From positions 139,270,859-139,319,644 of the forward strand of contig NC_068982.1 of NCBI RefSeq assembly GCF_001194135.2: 48,786 nt of DNA, read 5' to 3'. This DNA comes from Octopus bimaculoides (taxonomy: Eukaryota). Each line of letters starts with the position of its first letter. Positions within the stretch are counted from its first letter, which is position 1. Position numbers and translations under genes: made by a program. Positions 1 through 13,228 of the stretch are shown one piece after another. Below the pieces are notes generated by a model. The model was given only the letters and a program-made list of their open reading frames with translations, did not search any database and had not been told where the DNA came from.

Positions 1-98
1 TATATATATATATATATGTATGTATGTATTTGTATGACAAATGAATGACGAAAGATGGAATATAATCGGGAATTTATTATTAATCACAACAATTGTTT

Positions 99-234
99 CT
101 ACACATCTAACAACGATTCCTCATCGGTGGGACACTCAACAACTGGTTCAAGAGCATCAGGTGGTGCAGATGTATCTCGTCGAGTGATAAATAAATACAA
201 CTTGTTAAAATGACTGTTCTGCAATGTAACTTTC
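99..234 (-). other. Candidate terminal coding exon (unverified), KVTLQNSHFNKLYLFITRRDTSAPPDALEPVVECPTDEESLLDV*
   Basis: Minus strand reads ttttctctctacaaaacag|G, then 44 open codons and TAG. No homology recognised. Confidence 0.2.
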
Positions 235-2291
235 CTGTTTTGTAGAGAGAAAAGCAGCCAGACGGAGGAAATATCTTCTTTTATATAGAAGATGAAAAAT
301 GAAACCACCGATGGCAGAAAGAGAAACGAACACGCAATCCAGTGAGAAAAGTATTTAAAATAACCGTTGACAAATTTGGATGTATAAACACGCCCTCGGA
401 CAAGCAGCATGGCGCGAGGACACTCGCTCATTCAAGCATCCGCAAACATGTGAGATATACATACTCACACACACCGACACTCACATACATACACACATAC
501 ACACCGACACACACATACACACAGAGACTCACCGACACACACCCACACACACAATTAGTCATGTCGTTTCTGCGCTCGTGCACGCATGTGTGCATTCCCC
601 TCGTTCCTGCTGAGGTGTGCGTGTGCATTTAATCGCACGCACGTGTCTGCCAGTGTGATTTCTGCATAATAAGATTTCATGATATGACTGGCCAGTTCTG
701 GAGTTGCTTTCTCAAGATGAAATACCAGCTTTTCATACTTTCGTAACAGTTTCATCACGAAGAAATAAAAATACCGTTCAATACTGTCGATCTTTTCCCA
801 TAACATTTGAATACATCCAATGAAAAACACGAAAAATTATACAGATCTTCGCATAAAGCACTTTCTGACAACTGTAGTTTGGTGACACTAGTCTTCAAAG
901 CGTTCATATTTAACACCAAACAATTATATAACATTTCGTGAACGTCGAATTTGAGGAAAAAGAATGAAAATATTTGGCACGCACTCAATTCGATAATTAC
1001 TAAATTTGAATAATATTGGAATTGCAAGAAGAAAGAAACAGTATATATTACGATATAAATAACTGAATATGTAATCTCCGTACAGAAATCTAGGAGTGGT
1101 TGAGTGTAAACGGATATTCGATGTTGTCTTAAACTATTAAGAGTTTAATATTTATATATATTTCCGAAGCTAATCATTTGTGAGTCGAGTTGATCCCAGA
1201 GACAAACAATCTCAAAAATTTGGTAAACATATTCCCAATGTTGTTTATTAAATTCTTGCTTTTGACAGACATTGGGGAGATGTCCTCGTTTGTTGAATTA
1301 TTCATTCCATATTGTTATCTATAACACATATTATTTATTCAATATATGGCGCTTGTCCTTGTCAAACCATTATGGTTTTTACAGCTTAACTTTACGGTTA
1401 AGACTCAATGGAATATCTCTGAATACACGCATGTCTCCTCATACATAAACATGCACACACACACTCACAGAGACAAAACAACACGTCTCTCTGTGTGTCT
1501 CTCTCCCTATCTCTCTTTCTCTCACACACACACGCACAAAGACATAAATAATTACTGACACACACGCACCCACACAAACAAACCAGCTATATCTCGTTAT
1601 CATAGTGGTGACGGCGTTCATGTCATCAACTTCAAAATTACAGACTAGCCTGAAGAACCGCAATGACAAAGAGCAGGAAATGAAGACTAGCTTGAAATCA
1701 CTAAGCGATACACAATTCAGTAGTAAAGATGTGGAGAAATACAATATATATTCCCTCTCTATTATACATAGAAATAAAATCCAGAAAACGGACCAACTAT
1801 TAAGGTGTGATATTTTAGTGAAGAATCACTGTTACAATGTATTAAGTATTTTCTGAACGGTACTACTTTAGTAACTGTTGAATATTTATACAAGCATATC
1901 AAACAAGTAGAGACACGGTTTTGGAAATCAACGTTTGATAATTAGCTTCCAGTGTGCATCTATTTATCTGCTGTGACAATAAAGAGATGGCTGTCAAAGC
2001 AGAGAAAGTGGGAGAGAGTGGACAAGAGAAAAGAATGTGTTTGGAAGGAGAAATGTGTTATCTGTCACAATTGACTGGAATACCAAACAAAAAAAGAGAG
2101 ATTGAGGTAATAAAAACGTCGGTACATTCAAGTAAGATGTGGAACAAAGAATGTCAGCTATCAGCTGCCCAGGAACTTACATGAAGTGAATTTATACCTG
2201 GGTAATTAAATGTAGTCTATGGTGGTAGTGAAGATAGAGTTGGTAGTTGCAAGCATTAGCTTCTTACATAAATACTGATAGTATTTGGAAC

Positions 2292-2510
2292 TTAACCCAT
2301 TTGCGTTTAATCTGGTCATATTGAGCCAAAATATTCCACATGATTCAATGTTCAAATGGTCAGGTCTGGCCCTTTACACCTACCCTGCAATGTCATTCTA
2401 TGAAATAAACTACCACATCGTCAAAATTTGAAGCTACAAAATAAGTCATGATAAATTCAAAGTAATATGAATAAATAAGCATTACATATAATGAATGCTA
2501 AAACGTTTGA
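2292..2510. mobile_element. Diverged piggyBac-like MITE
   Basis: Starts TTAA-CCC(att)tgcgttt and ends gaatgctaaaacgtttga, a degenerate inverted counterpart. TTAA followed by CCC is the piggyBac terminal signature. No ORF. Confidence 0.4.
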
Positions 2511-3757
2511 AAGTTCCAATGGATCCAGGAATAAATAATTTGTTTCGCTCAGAGACTGTAGTTCCAGCATTAGAGTAATTGCTAGTTCATCTTATTTCAC
2601 CTCTACAGCTCTTTCTCTGGGTTTAGCTCAGGTGAATCTGTGAATTTATTCCCAAATATATATACATAGGAAACACTTATATACCAGCCACGAAGAAACA
2701 AACGGTTGCAACTTCTTCATCTTGCTCACTAAGAGCAACTCCATCTTGTTCACCACCTTATCTCATATATTATTGCTCTTAAATAAGTGTCCTTCGTGTA
2801 AGTTACTGAGTCGGTGTCGTCTCAATGGTACCCAGCACTCTTTATTCCACGTCTTACTTCAGCACACCACCGTTTTAATTGTTTCACTCCTTGTTTTCTT
2901 GTTTGCTATTGCAGTCAAGCGTGACAGGTAACACACTAGATTGTCGAATCGCCATCTGTTTAGTTCTTTTGTCCTCCACTGACCTATTTCTATTTTGACA
3001 GCAATATCCTTGGCTTTTTTCTCATTAGTGTGCACAAAATAAATAATTAGACGAAGTGAATTATATTTGTATTTTTAAAATCTTGTTTTTGCTTGTTTAA
3101 TTTGCTTCTTTAAAGTAAATTTCAATAACAACTATGTACCATTATAGCGTTCAAAAAGTACTTTCTACTTTGCAACGGCGATCTTCACTAAGACATAACT
3201 TAATAGCGTACCCGTTGTCTAGTATATATATATCATTTGCGATTATTTGAAATTATGAGAGAAATACGTGTAGGAGGTATTAAATTCTTACCTGTCTATT
3301 TCTTGCTAAATTTCTGTCGGTGGTAAAAACAATTTAACATTTGTTAGGAAATGATAACATGTTGAGCTATACATTGTGGCTAACAAACATATATTACTGC
3401 ATTATAAACTGTATTCATACGTTTTTAAGATTCGGTAGGAAAACACACTAACTAAAGTTTTGTACAATAATAAATATATATGAAAGAAGAGGAACAATGA
3501 ATTGCTGTATGCTATTGAATAAATAAATTAACAAAATAGCCATCATAACAGTTTTACTATACTGCAACATGTAGCGATTATGTAGCGATAAAGTAGCGAT
3601 AATGTTTACATTAAATAGAGATGATGGCATGAATGGAAACATGGTTAGTTTTAGTTTAAAAAAAAATGTTAATCAGCTCCCTTCCGAGACGTTTACGAAG
3701 GAAATGAATCCCAAGATATTACAGCAGCTCCAAAGATTTTATTCATTTCCAACAACA

Positions 3758-4484
3758 ATGGCATTCACTGGAAGAGAAAAGGCGTTTCGTGTGTTGGCGT
3801 ATGCTCGAACGCAGTCGAACAAGACTGCAGTGTGCATTTATGAGAGAGTTCTCTAAAAAGTCACCATTGGCAATGCAGAAATGGACATGGCACAAAATCT
3901 TCGAAGAGGAAGGCTGTCTGTACAGGGCAAAAGGATCTGGACAACCACACACATCGGTAGAGACGATCGAGCGGGTTCACCATAAACTCTGGCGAAGCCC
4001 CAAGAAGTCCATAAGAAGAACAAGTCTGGAAACCCAGATTCCCACAACGAGAGTTTGGCGCGTCCTAAGAAAATGCTTGCTAATGAAAACCTTACAAGCT
4101 GCACTTCATTCCGGCCATAACGGCAGATTACAAGCGAAAGCGCAGACATGGGGGCTATGTGAAGCGCCTGGTCCAGGTTCTCTCTCTACCTGCAAACCTA
4201 GAGGAACTCGAGCATAAAACCACTACCACCCTGTAGACTGTTACACAGGACATGCTGCAGCATGTTTGGTATGATCTGGACTTCCGACTCCACGTGTGCC
4301 GAGTCTCAAGTGGTTCGTATAATTAACATTTGTGAAATCGTTCATGGAATCCACATACACATGAATTTCTTATTCAAACTTATGTTGTTCAACGTTAAGC
4401 CTGTTTAGTTTCATTTGCTTTGACTATGTAGTTTCTGTGGTATTTACATCTAGAATGATATCAAATTTTTTGAAACAAACTGTA
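3758..4484 (+). mobile_element. Internally deleted Tc1/mariner-superfamily transposon (DUF4817-type HTH transposase relic)
   Basis: Frameshifted N-terminus MAFTGREKAFRVLAYARTQS / FMREFSKKSP..WHKIFEEEGCLYRAKGSGQP..RSPKKSIRRTSLETQIPTTRVWRVLRK. It is joined at about 4148 to the C-terminus WGYVKRLV..LPANLEEL..TVTQDMLQHVWYDLDFRLHVCRV. A right TIR-like end aaattttttgaaacaaactg is followed by TA at 4483-4484. Left TIR not identified. Confidence 0.85.
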
Positions 4485-5245
4485 TATATAATTGCTGAAT
4501 CTGGAATATGGGACAGAGACGATAATCATATAGCCCTTCAGCGACCAATGAATTTAAAATGGTTAATATTCAGTTTAAACAATTGCTACAAACGCCTGCG
4601 TAAAATAATTGAGCAGGAAGAAGGTTTGAGAAGGCAGCTGTTTTGGGGAGAAGCAACTGCAAAAAATTGTTTGCTGCGAGGGTGGGTAAGCGGCTGAATC
4701 AGGAAAAGTGACGAAAGTTTGGGCAGAGGGAGTGGATCGGGGATGCGTGTATGGGCAAAGTATGAGACCAGCCAACTCTGGAAAACAGAAATGATTATAC
4801 GAGTGTATATATATATATATATATNNNNNNNNNNNNNNNNNNNNNNNNNNNNNNNNNNNNNNNNNNNNNNNNNNNNNNNNNNNNNNNNNNNNNNNNNNNN
4901 NNNNNNNNNNNNNNNNNNNNNNNNNNNNNNNNNNNNNNNNNNNNNNNNNNNNNNNNNNNNNNNNNNNNNNNNNNNNNNNNNNNNNNNNNNNNNNNNNNNN
5001 NNNNNNNNNNNNNNNNNNNNNNNNNNNNNNNNNNNNNNNNNNNNNNNNNNNNNNNNNNNNNNNNNNNNNNNNNNNNNNNNNNNNNNNNNNNNNNNNNNNN
5101 NNNNNNNNNNNNNNNNNNNNNNNNNNNNNNNNNNNNNNNNNNNNNNNNNNNNNNNNNNNNNNNNNNNNNNNNNNNNNNNNNNNNNNNNNNNNNNNNNNNN
5201 NNNNNNNNNNNNNNNNNNNNNNNNNNNNNNNNNNNNNATATATAC

Positions 5246-5278
<33 letters not shown>

Positions 5279-5467
5279 CATATCGTATGAATATACAATG
5301 CACATTTTATACTAGTGTATGCGTACATAAGTATAAAGGTGTGTATGGTGCATGCATATATATATATGTATGTATGCACCTGTTTTTGTATATATACATC
5401 TGTGTGAGGATATATATATATGTGTGTCTATATATATATATATATTTATATATATATACGTATACAC

Positions 5468-5502
<35 letters not shown>

Positions 5503-5533
5503 CACACACATATATATTTATACATATATGTAA

Positions 5534-5569
<36 letters not shown>

Positions 5570-6229
5570 NNNNNNNNNNNNNNNNNNNNNNNNNNNNNNN
5601 NNNNNNNNNNNNNNNNNNNNNNNNNNNNNNNNNNNNNNNNNNNNNNNNNNNNNNNNNNNNNNNNNNNNNNNNNNNNNNNNNNNNNNNNNNNNNNNNNNNN
5701 NNNNNNNNNNNNNNNNNNNNNNNNNNNNNNNNNNNNNNNNNNNNNNNNNNNNNNNNNNNNNNNNNNNNNNNNNNNNNNNNNNNNNNNNNNNNNNNNNNNN
5801 NNNNNNNNNNNNNNNNNNNNNNNNNNNNNNNNNNNNNNNNNNNNNNNNNNNNNNNNNNNNNNNNNNNNNNNNNNNNNNNNNNNNNNNNNNNNNNNNNNNN
5901 NNNNNNNNNNNNNNNNNNNNNNNNNNNNNNNNNNNNNNNNNNNNNNNNNNNNNNNNNNNNNNNNNNNNNNNNNNNNNNNNNNNNNNNNNNNNNNNNNNNN
6001 NNNNNNNNNNNNNNNNNNNNNNNNNNNNNNNNNNNNNNNNNNNNNNNNNNNNNNNNNNNNNNNNNNNNNNNNNNNNNNNNNNNNNNNNNNNNNNNNNNNN
6101 NNNNNNNNNNNNNNNNNNNNNNNNNNNNNNNNNNNNNNNNNNNNNNNNNNNNNNNNNNNNNNNNNNNNNNNNNNNNNNNNNNNNNNNNNNNNNNNNNNNN
6201 NNNNNNNNNNNNNNNNNNNNNNNNNNNNN

Positions 6230-6262
<33 letters not shown>

Positions 6263-6660
6263 ATATGTATATATACATATATATGTATGTGTGTTCGTAT
6301 AAGTGTAGTATACCTGCATGTACATAAGCAGACTTACACGCACACACATTCATCTACCAATATACAAATGACACGGCTATGTTATAATTTTTATATATAT
6401 TTCATCGTTATTCTTTCATATCTACGTATGAATCCGGTCTTTCTTTGGAACAATTATAATTTCTTTGCAGCAGGAAATTTTTTTAATCCATCATCATCGT
6501 TACTTGACTTTCGTTGTTCTCATACTGAGAACGAAGTGAAACCTTCGCATGCTACTCTCTCGTCTTACTTAACTAAACGAATGCATCTGCACTAGCCATT
6601 AGTGCTGGAATTTGAAGAATTAAACGGTAAAATCATACCTGATTTGATGGTATTATTATT

Positions 6661-6872
6661 ATCCTTTTCTGTTCTAGTCACAAGGCCTGAAATTTTGGGG
6701 GAGTGGGCCAGTCGATTAGATAGACCCCAGTACGCAACTGGTACTTAATTTTTCGACCCCGAAAGGATGAAAGGCAAAGTCAACCAAGGCGGACTTTGAA
6801 CTCGGAACGTAAAGACAGTCAAAATACAGCTATGCATTTCTCCCGGCGTGCTAGCGTTTCTGCCAGCTCACC
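6661..6872 (-). mobile_element. tRNA-derived SINE, family A
   Basis: Minus strand has an A-box-like gagctggcagaaacgctag and a B-box-like gagttcaaagtccgcc. The body matches about 12 other copies in the window. Confidence 0.9.
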
Positions 6873-6887
6873 ATCTTAATGGTATTA

Positions 6888-6888
6888 A

Positions 6889-6943
<55 letters not shown>

Positions 6944-6980
6944 ATTGGTGTTGTTGTTGTTGTTGTTGTTTGTTGTTGTT
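6888..6980. repeat. (ATT)n/(GTT)n microsatellite
   Basis: Directly visible. Confidence 0.95.
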
Positions 6981-6995
6981 CTTATTCATTATAAA

Positions 6996-7192
6996 GTGAT
7001 GAGCTGGCAGAATCGTTAGTAAGCCGAGCGAAATGCTTAGCCGTATTTCGGCCGTTGCTACGTTCTGAGTTCAAATTCTGCCGCGGTCGAATTTGCCTTC
7101 CATCCTTTCTAGGTTGATAAATCTAGTACCAGTTGAGTACTGGGTCGCTCTTCCTCACAAAATCCAGTCCTTGTGCATATAGTTGAAACGAT
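6996..7192 (+). mobile_element. tRNA-derived SINE, family A
   Basis: gagctggcagaatcgttag (A box) and gagttcaaattctgcc (B box), same body as the other copies. Confidence 0.9.
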
Positions 7193-7357
7193 GAGCTACA
7201 GAGGGAGGCTGAACAATCTGCGACTTCACTATCTTGACACATCGAAATATCGTTCACTAGATAACAATGGCACTCTTCTTTCAATTTTGACTCTATATCT
7301 TCAGGCCAAGGAGTTTCAGATCACTACTCCTATATGTAACTTTGTCGCAGCTGTTGT

Positions 7358-7721
7358 GCCATTTGGTGTATGAGGTTTCCAGTTGATCCGATCAACGGAA
7401 CAGCCTATTCGTGAAATTAACTTGCAAATGGCTGAGCGCTCCACAGATACGTGAGCCCCTAACGTAGTTTTCGGTGAGATTCAGCTTGACACAGAGTGTG
7501 ACTAAGCTGTCCCTTTGAAATACAAGTATAACAGAAATAGGAAGAAAGAGTGAGACAAAGTTGTAGTGAAAGAGAACACAGGGTTAGCCACCATCCCCTG
7601 CCGGACCCTCGTGGAGTTTTAAGCGTTTCCCTCAATAGACACTCACAACGCTCGGTCTGGGAATCTTAATCGCGATCCTACGCCCGCGAGCCCGCTGCCC
7701 TAACCACTGGGCCATTGCGCC
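7358..7721 (-). mobile_element. tRNA-derived SINE, family B
   Basis: Minus strand starts ggcgcaatggcccagtggttagggcagcggg, a tRNA-like head. Homologous along its length to 46741-47082. Confidence 0.85.
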
Positions 7722-7767
7722 TACACACACAGACACACACACACACATACATACATACACATGCAAA

Positions 7768-7974
7768 TACGAGAGGATAATGAAAAGTTTCTGGCGTTCC
7801 TTAAAGTAAATACCAGAGTATAAATCAATTACAATTTGATTCAATATAGTCCTCTCAGATTCACACGCTCATTGCAGCGTTCCTTCAGTTTTTCCTTAGC
7901 CTTGTAAAATAACTCGAAGGTTTGGGTCTTTGACTATATCCTCAAAGGCAGGAACTTTTCAGTCCCTCCTCGTA
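7768..7974 (-). mobile_element. Mariner-derived MITE
   Basis: TIRs TA-cgagaggataatgaaaagtt and aacttttcagtccctcctcg-TA, with TA at both ends. Homologous in opposite orientation to 26255-26472. Confidence 0.85.
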
Positions 7975-8786
7975 CGTATATACGTATCTGTATTTATATA
8001 TATATATACATATATATATANNNNNNNNNNNNNNNNNNNNNNNNNNNNNNNNNNNNNNNNNNNNNNNNNNNNNNNNNNNNNNNNNNNNNNNNNNNNNNNN
8101 NNNNNNNNNNNNNNNNNNNNNNNNNNNNNNNNNNNNNNNNNNNNNNNNNNNNNNNNNNNNNNNNNNNNNNNNNNNNNNNNNNNNNNNNNNNNNNNNNNNN
8201 NNNNNNNNNNNNNNNNNNNNNNNNNNNNNNNNNNNNNNNNNNNNNNNNNNNNNNNNNNNNNNNNNNNNNNNNNNNNNNNNNNNNNNNNNNNNNNNNNNNN
8301 NNNNNNNNNNNNNNNNNNNNNNNNNNNNNNNNNNNNNNNNNNNNNNNNNNNNNNNNNNNNNNNNNNNNNNNNNNNNNNNNNNNNNNNNNNNNNNNNNNNN
8401 NNNNNNNNNNNNNNNNNNNNNNNNNNNNNNNNNNNNNNNNNNNNNNNNNNNNNNNNNNNNNNNNNNNNNNNNNNNNNNNNNNNNNNNNNNNNNNNNNNNN
8501 NNNNNNNNNNNNNNNNNNNNNNNNNNNNNNNNNNNNNNNNNNNNNNNNNNNNNNNNNNNNNNNNNNNNNNNNNNNNNNNNNNNNNNNNNNNNNNNNNNNN
8601 NNNNNNNNNNNNNNNNNNNNNNNNNNNNNNNNNNNNNNNNNNNNNNNNNNNNNNNNNNNNNNNNNNNNNNNNNNNNNNNNNNNNNNNNNNNNNNNNNNNN
8701 NNNNNNNNNNNNNNNNNNNNNNNNNNNNNNNNNNNNNNNNNNNNNNNNNNNNNNNNNNNNNNNNNNNNNNNNNNNNNNNNNNNNNN

Positions 8787-8845
<59 letters not shown>

Positions 8846-8961
8846 CATAAATATCTGCAAAGAGACGGTGTTCCTGACGAATGGAAACAGTGAATATATA
8901 AATATGTAACGTTTGTAGAATGAAATTGTTTTTCTTTATATCTGCTACAGTTGACATTTAC

Positions 8962-9170
8962 AGGATGATCAAGCTGTTTTACAATATTCTTCTGAATGGC
9001 GAGATAAAATGAAGCAAAGATGAAGTGTGACTGATTCCGGTTAACATTGTAAACGAATATAATTGAAACGATAAAACAAAACAAAGCGAACGGACATATG
9101 AGACAATAAAACACACGCAGAGCCGGCGTTGATGGAACGCAACCGTTTGCTATGATGAAGGCGAAAATAT
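8962..9170 (-). other. Candidate hydrophobic coding exon (unverified)
   Basis: TACTAAC at 9179-9185 lies just before acag|. It is followed by 69 open codons (IFAFIIANGCVPSTPALRVFYCLICPFALFCFIVSIIFVYNVNRNQSHFIFASFYLAIQKNIVKQLDHP) and |gtaaat. No family recognised. Confidence 0.25.
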
Positions 9171-10048
9171 CTGTCAGTGTTAGTAGATGAATTAAATACG
9201 CGAAATGTTTTATGAATGGAATAAAAAACACAATGATATATAGGCACTGTCTCTGATACGCATACGTATCTGAAAATGCAAACCATTGTTAACAATTTGA
9301 GAAGATTATTGGCTGGAAAAAAACTGAACAACTCATTAAATTTTCTGCGAGTATATCTCAAACTTTTTTCTTTCTGAATATCAACAAATTAATGGCGTTT
9401 TCACAAAGAATTTGATGTTGCCCTCCATGGTGCAATAGCTGTTCGTTTTGGTATCCTCATATATTTTCCTCTAGAAATTTCTCTTCATTTTAGACAACTT
9501 GGAATTAGGTTTATGTTGAAGGATCAACACTATGAAGCCCAAGGAGATTGTTTCAATAAGAATACAGAAGTGATCGAAAGAATAAAAACAGATTTGAAAA
9601 GGTTCATTATTTATAGGGTGTTATCGTTTACAGTTCTAGCGTTAATTCAAGACTGCTATGCAGTTGGCTTTTAGAGACGAGCTGTTGGTGTCAGAGTGGT
9701 CATCTGTATCGGTGTACTTTTGGTTACTGGATTTGTAACGTTTACGAAAAGTAGAGGTGTTATTTTATAGTAAATTACGGTGGATGTTTAAAAAGATGGA
9801 ACAGAAATTCTAATGTCCTGCGACAACGATATTTGCTCTTATTTCTATTTTGTTTTCTTAATGTTCTAGTGAGTAACGGAATTCGTACCACAACCAAGCC
9901 TTTGAAATCTGTAGAAGTGGCCAAACTGTTGTGTTGAACAAAATTCACAATGGTTTCCTGATAGGTATGATTCTGAGAAATCCGATGCCTGTAATAACCA
10001 GAATTATACGAATCTTGTACTAACCAGAATTATTATCTCAACTTCAGT

Positions 10049-10241
10049 TGATAATAGTTCCAGTCTTGATTTTGTATGTTTTGTACGTTGCAAAGAGATT
10101 GTTGAAGGACATTCGGCAAATACTTCACTCTCACGTATAAATGTGGGCGTTTGTTGGTGTGTGGAGGCGTATATATATGTCTGTAAGTGTGTGAGTGCAT
10201 GTATGCATGTATCCATACACACATACATTTATTAAACATTT
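10049..10241. repeat. Interspersed repeat of about 190 bp (copy 1)
   Basis: Shares gagattgttgaaggacattcggcaa.tacttcac and both ends with 13671-13861, in the same orientation. Confidence 0.8.
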
Positions 10242-11850
10242 CAATAATTTATGTGGGCAGTACGACGACGGCTGGTATTTGGGGTTTAAGAATTAGAGTT
10301 AAATGCTGCTACCTGAATTAATATAATGTTCGTAATTTCTTGATAGTAATTAATTTTATGGAGCACTAATTAAAAATCATGCTCGCTATGTTTTATACAT
10401 TTAAGTGAAGTATATGAGCGTAAACGAGGCGCTCATTGGAGTCAGCCGACAGCTACAAATACAGAATAAATATCCATTAATTCAGAACTAAACACTTTAT
10501 AAGAAACGTAGAATTGATAATGTTATCCTAGATATGGGTCTTGAAAATAAAGCTGGGTGATCATGCAAAAACTACAAAGATAAACTAAGCAAAATGAAAC
10601 TTAATATGAATATAAATTCTTTATTGTTTAAGACAATTTCCTCTAAGGTTAAGACAATTACTTGGTGTAACTGGGATAAACTCCCCAAAAGAAGGATCGA
10701 TATTTTCAAGAGTGATAGTCTCACTCATTGACCTGACATTAAGCTAAAAAGACTGGAGACAAGGGGACTGTTTTGAAGACATGTTTCGCTCTCCGCCTCT
10801 CTATCTTTCTGTCTATCTCTCTCTCTTTCCCTCTCTCTCCCCATACCGGAACATCAACGAACAAAGTACACAAATCGTATCGATCCCAGTACTAGTTTTT
10901 TTTTTATGTCTGATAGTTATGGAAAACCGTGCCGGACCGCTATGTAACATACCAATCAAAGCGAAGCAACTGCAATTTCAGAAAGGATGGCTATCGTATT
11001 CTTTCACAAGATAAATATTTTTTTAAAATTTCACATCACATTTTGTATTTCGTATGTATTACAACTCTTCTATAAAGTATGCATACATTTCATTGATCCA
11101 AAACTAATATGTTTTGATTACGTAAGCAGTGTGGAGCCTCGATGCCTGCCGAGTGCTACATTAAGTTACATTGCAGGTTGTCTATCGTCTCAGTGAATGC
11201 TTCATGAAAGTTCAAAGGAAACTACTCTCGTGTATACGTAATACATAAAGAGAATTTAATGGTGTTCCAACAAGGAATTGTGTTTACTGATATTGTTTTG
11301 TTGAAAAAGTCATAAAAGACTTAGAATTAAAAAGCGAAACAAAAAATAAAGAAATTCTAATATTTTTATGGTTTTAAAAAAAAACCTCTTGATAACACGA
11401 TTACCGACTACTGTGTAGGTGGTTAAAACATTAAATAATTAATGAACGTACATCAAAAGCACCGAATGGAACTCTGATCACACCCCAATACACACACTGA
11501 TATATGGAGGAGCACATGCGAAGACATAGGTATGTAAGAACATGTGTGTGCGAATGTATGCAAAAATGCATGAATGTACATATATGTATATGCGTGTGTA
11601 CAAATATATACATATGTATATGTGTATGTGTGTGCGTTCATGTATTTGTGTGCATTCGTGTGTGTGCGCGCGTGCGTGTGTGTGTGCGTGCGTGTGTGTG
11701 TGCGTGCGTATGAGAGCATGTAAAAACACAGAAATACACATACAGATTTAGACTGTATACTAAAATAGAATCACATCTACGCTAATCAACATACATACAT
11801 ACATAAACACATACATACATAAACACATACATACATATATAATATGTAGT

Positions 11851-12412
11851 GAAAAGGTTTTTAAAAAATTACGACTGTTTTCCAGATGTATTCTCTTTTG
11901 AATGTTTTAAAAGCAAAAGTTTTAAATTTGGTGGGGGATTTTTAACTCATCTCCCTCGATATTCACTGAGTGATGTTTGCCTATGGCTTGCAAATCATAT
12001 TTGTTCTTAATGTGATGTTATGAGTTTTATCGAAGTCATTCTGTTTTCTTTATAATTTCTTCCACATCTTGAACAAATTCGTTTGTAACTTTAAATTATG
12101 TGTCTTCATATAGAGACAGAGTCATTCATTATTTTGAAGCATTGTAGTTCTTTAAAACTAAGTCTTGAATCTTCGGACGAATAAAGACAATTTCTGCTGT
12201 TGGGTCTCCCAAATATATCTATTAATATTCTCTATAATGATTGCGGTTGTTTCTGTGTTTCTAGAAGCCGATTCGCAATGGTGAATTTTTTTTTTCAGCA
12301 TCGGCACATTTTCAAGAATATTGTTGTAGACTTTGTCGATTCAAAATTTTGAGTTGAGACTTAAGGTAACATTTTCAATCGAGGTGTTTTATTTGCCGTA
12401 GTATCTGGATAG
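11851..12412 (-). mobile_element. Penelope-like element relic (GIY-YIG endonuclease region, many stops and frameshifts)
   Basis: Minus-strand fragments ICSRCGRNY..RMT..H.EQI..HRQTSLSEY..PNLKL resemble the PLE GIY-YIG pattern C-x-x-C-x-x-x-YIG..T..R..H. Upstream fragments NILENVPML and TIANRLLETQKQPQSL resemble the linker preceding that domain. Confidence 0.65.
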
Positions 12413-12509
12413 TAATTGTATGAATTCGTGAATGTATATATACACATAAAACTATATTCATATGTGCATGTATGTTGAAGTATATATGCACAGAGCTATA
12501 ACTCCGTAC

Positions 12510-12561
<52 letters not shown>

Positions 12562-12578
12562 ATATCTATCTATCTATA

Positions 12579-12616
<38 letters not shown>

Positions 12617-12658
12617 NNNNNNNNNNTCTATCTATCTATCTATCTATCTATTTATCTA
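12510..12658. repeat. (TCTA)n microsatellite
   Basis: Directly visible, with a short internal gap. Confidence 0.95.
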
Positions 12659-12666
12659 ACTAACTG

Positions 12667-12706
<40 letters not shown>

Positions 12707-13023
12707 CATATATAATGATAAACTAAATAGAGAGATACTGTTGACAATCCAATAATTCATTGATATTATGATATTACATAATGTACGATGAATATAACAT
12801 AACATAATATATAATATAAACAATTATTTTAAAAAACGCAAAAACGCATAGAAGGTCAACAAATTGTTTCGGCTTATATAATTTTCTGCTATATGCACAC
12901 AATAACAGTTCTCTTATATATATAGAAGTCACTTCTTGGGTCACGGTTTAAAGATAGACGAAATTCCGTGAATTGGATGTTTAACACACCCCATTGAAGA
13001 ATCTCTTTTCCTCTGTTTGTTAC

Positions 13024-13054
<31 letters not shown>

Positions 13055-13197
13055 GGGGAGAATGGAGAAACAAACATAAGAAGAAACGTATCTATCTATC
13101 TATCTATCTATCTATATATATATATATATATATGTATTGACAGAGAGAAAAAGAAGGAGAGAGAGAGAAAGAGATATAGATATATATATATATATAT

Positions 13198-13228
<31 letters not shown>

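Noticed and set aside
640-870. Protein-like minus-strand stretch FFIGCIQMLWEKIDSIERYF..KATPELASHIMKSYYAE
   Set aside because: In-frame stop immediately upstream and no acceptor in that frame; needs a frameshift, and no homology recognised.
4575-4800. GC-richer segment possibly an L2 LINE 3' relic
   Set aside because: Resemblance (SCFSPK..LPSQTF) too weak to support a call.
4575-8957. Long ORFs (200-430 aa) in the ORF track
   Set aside because: They run through N gaps and (TA)n/(CA)n tracts (YIYI, HTHT). The same applies at 14.6-15.0, 24.4-24.9, 32.2-33.3, 34.0-34.8, 36.7-37.3 and 39.2-39.9 kb.
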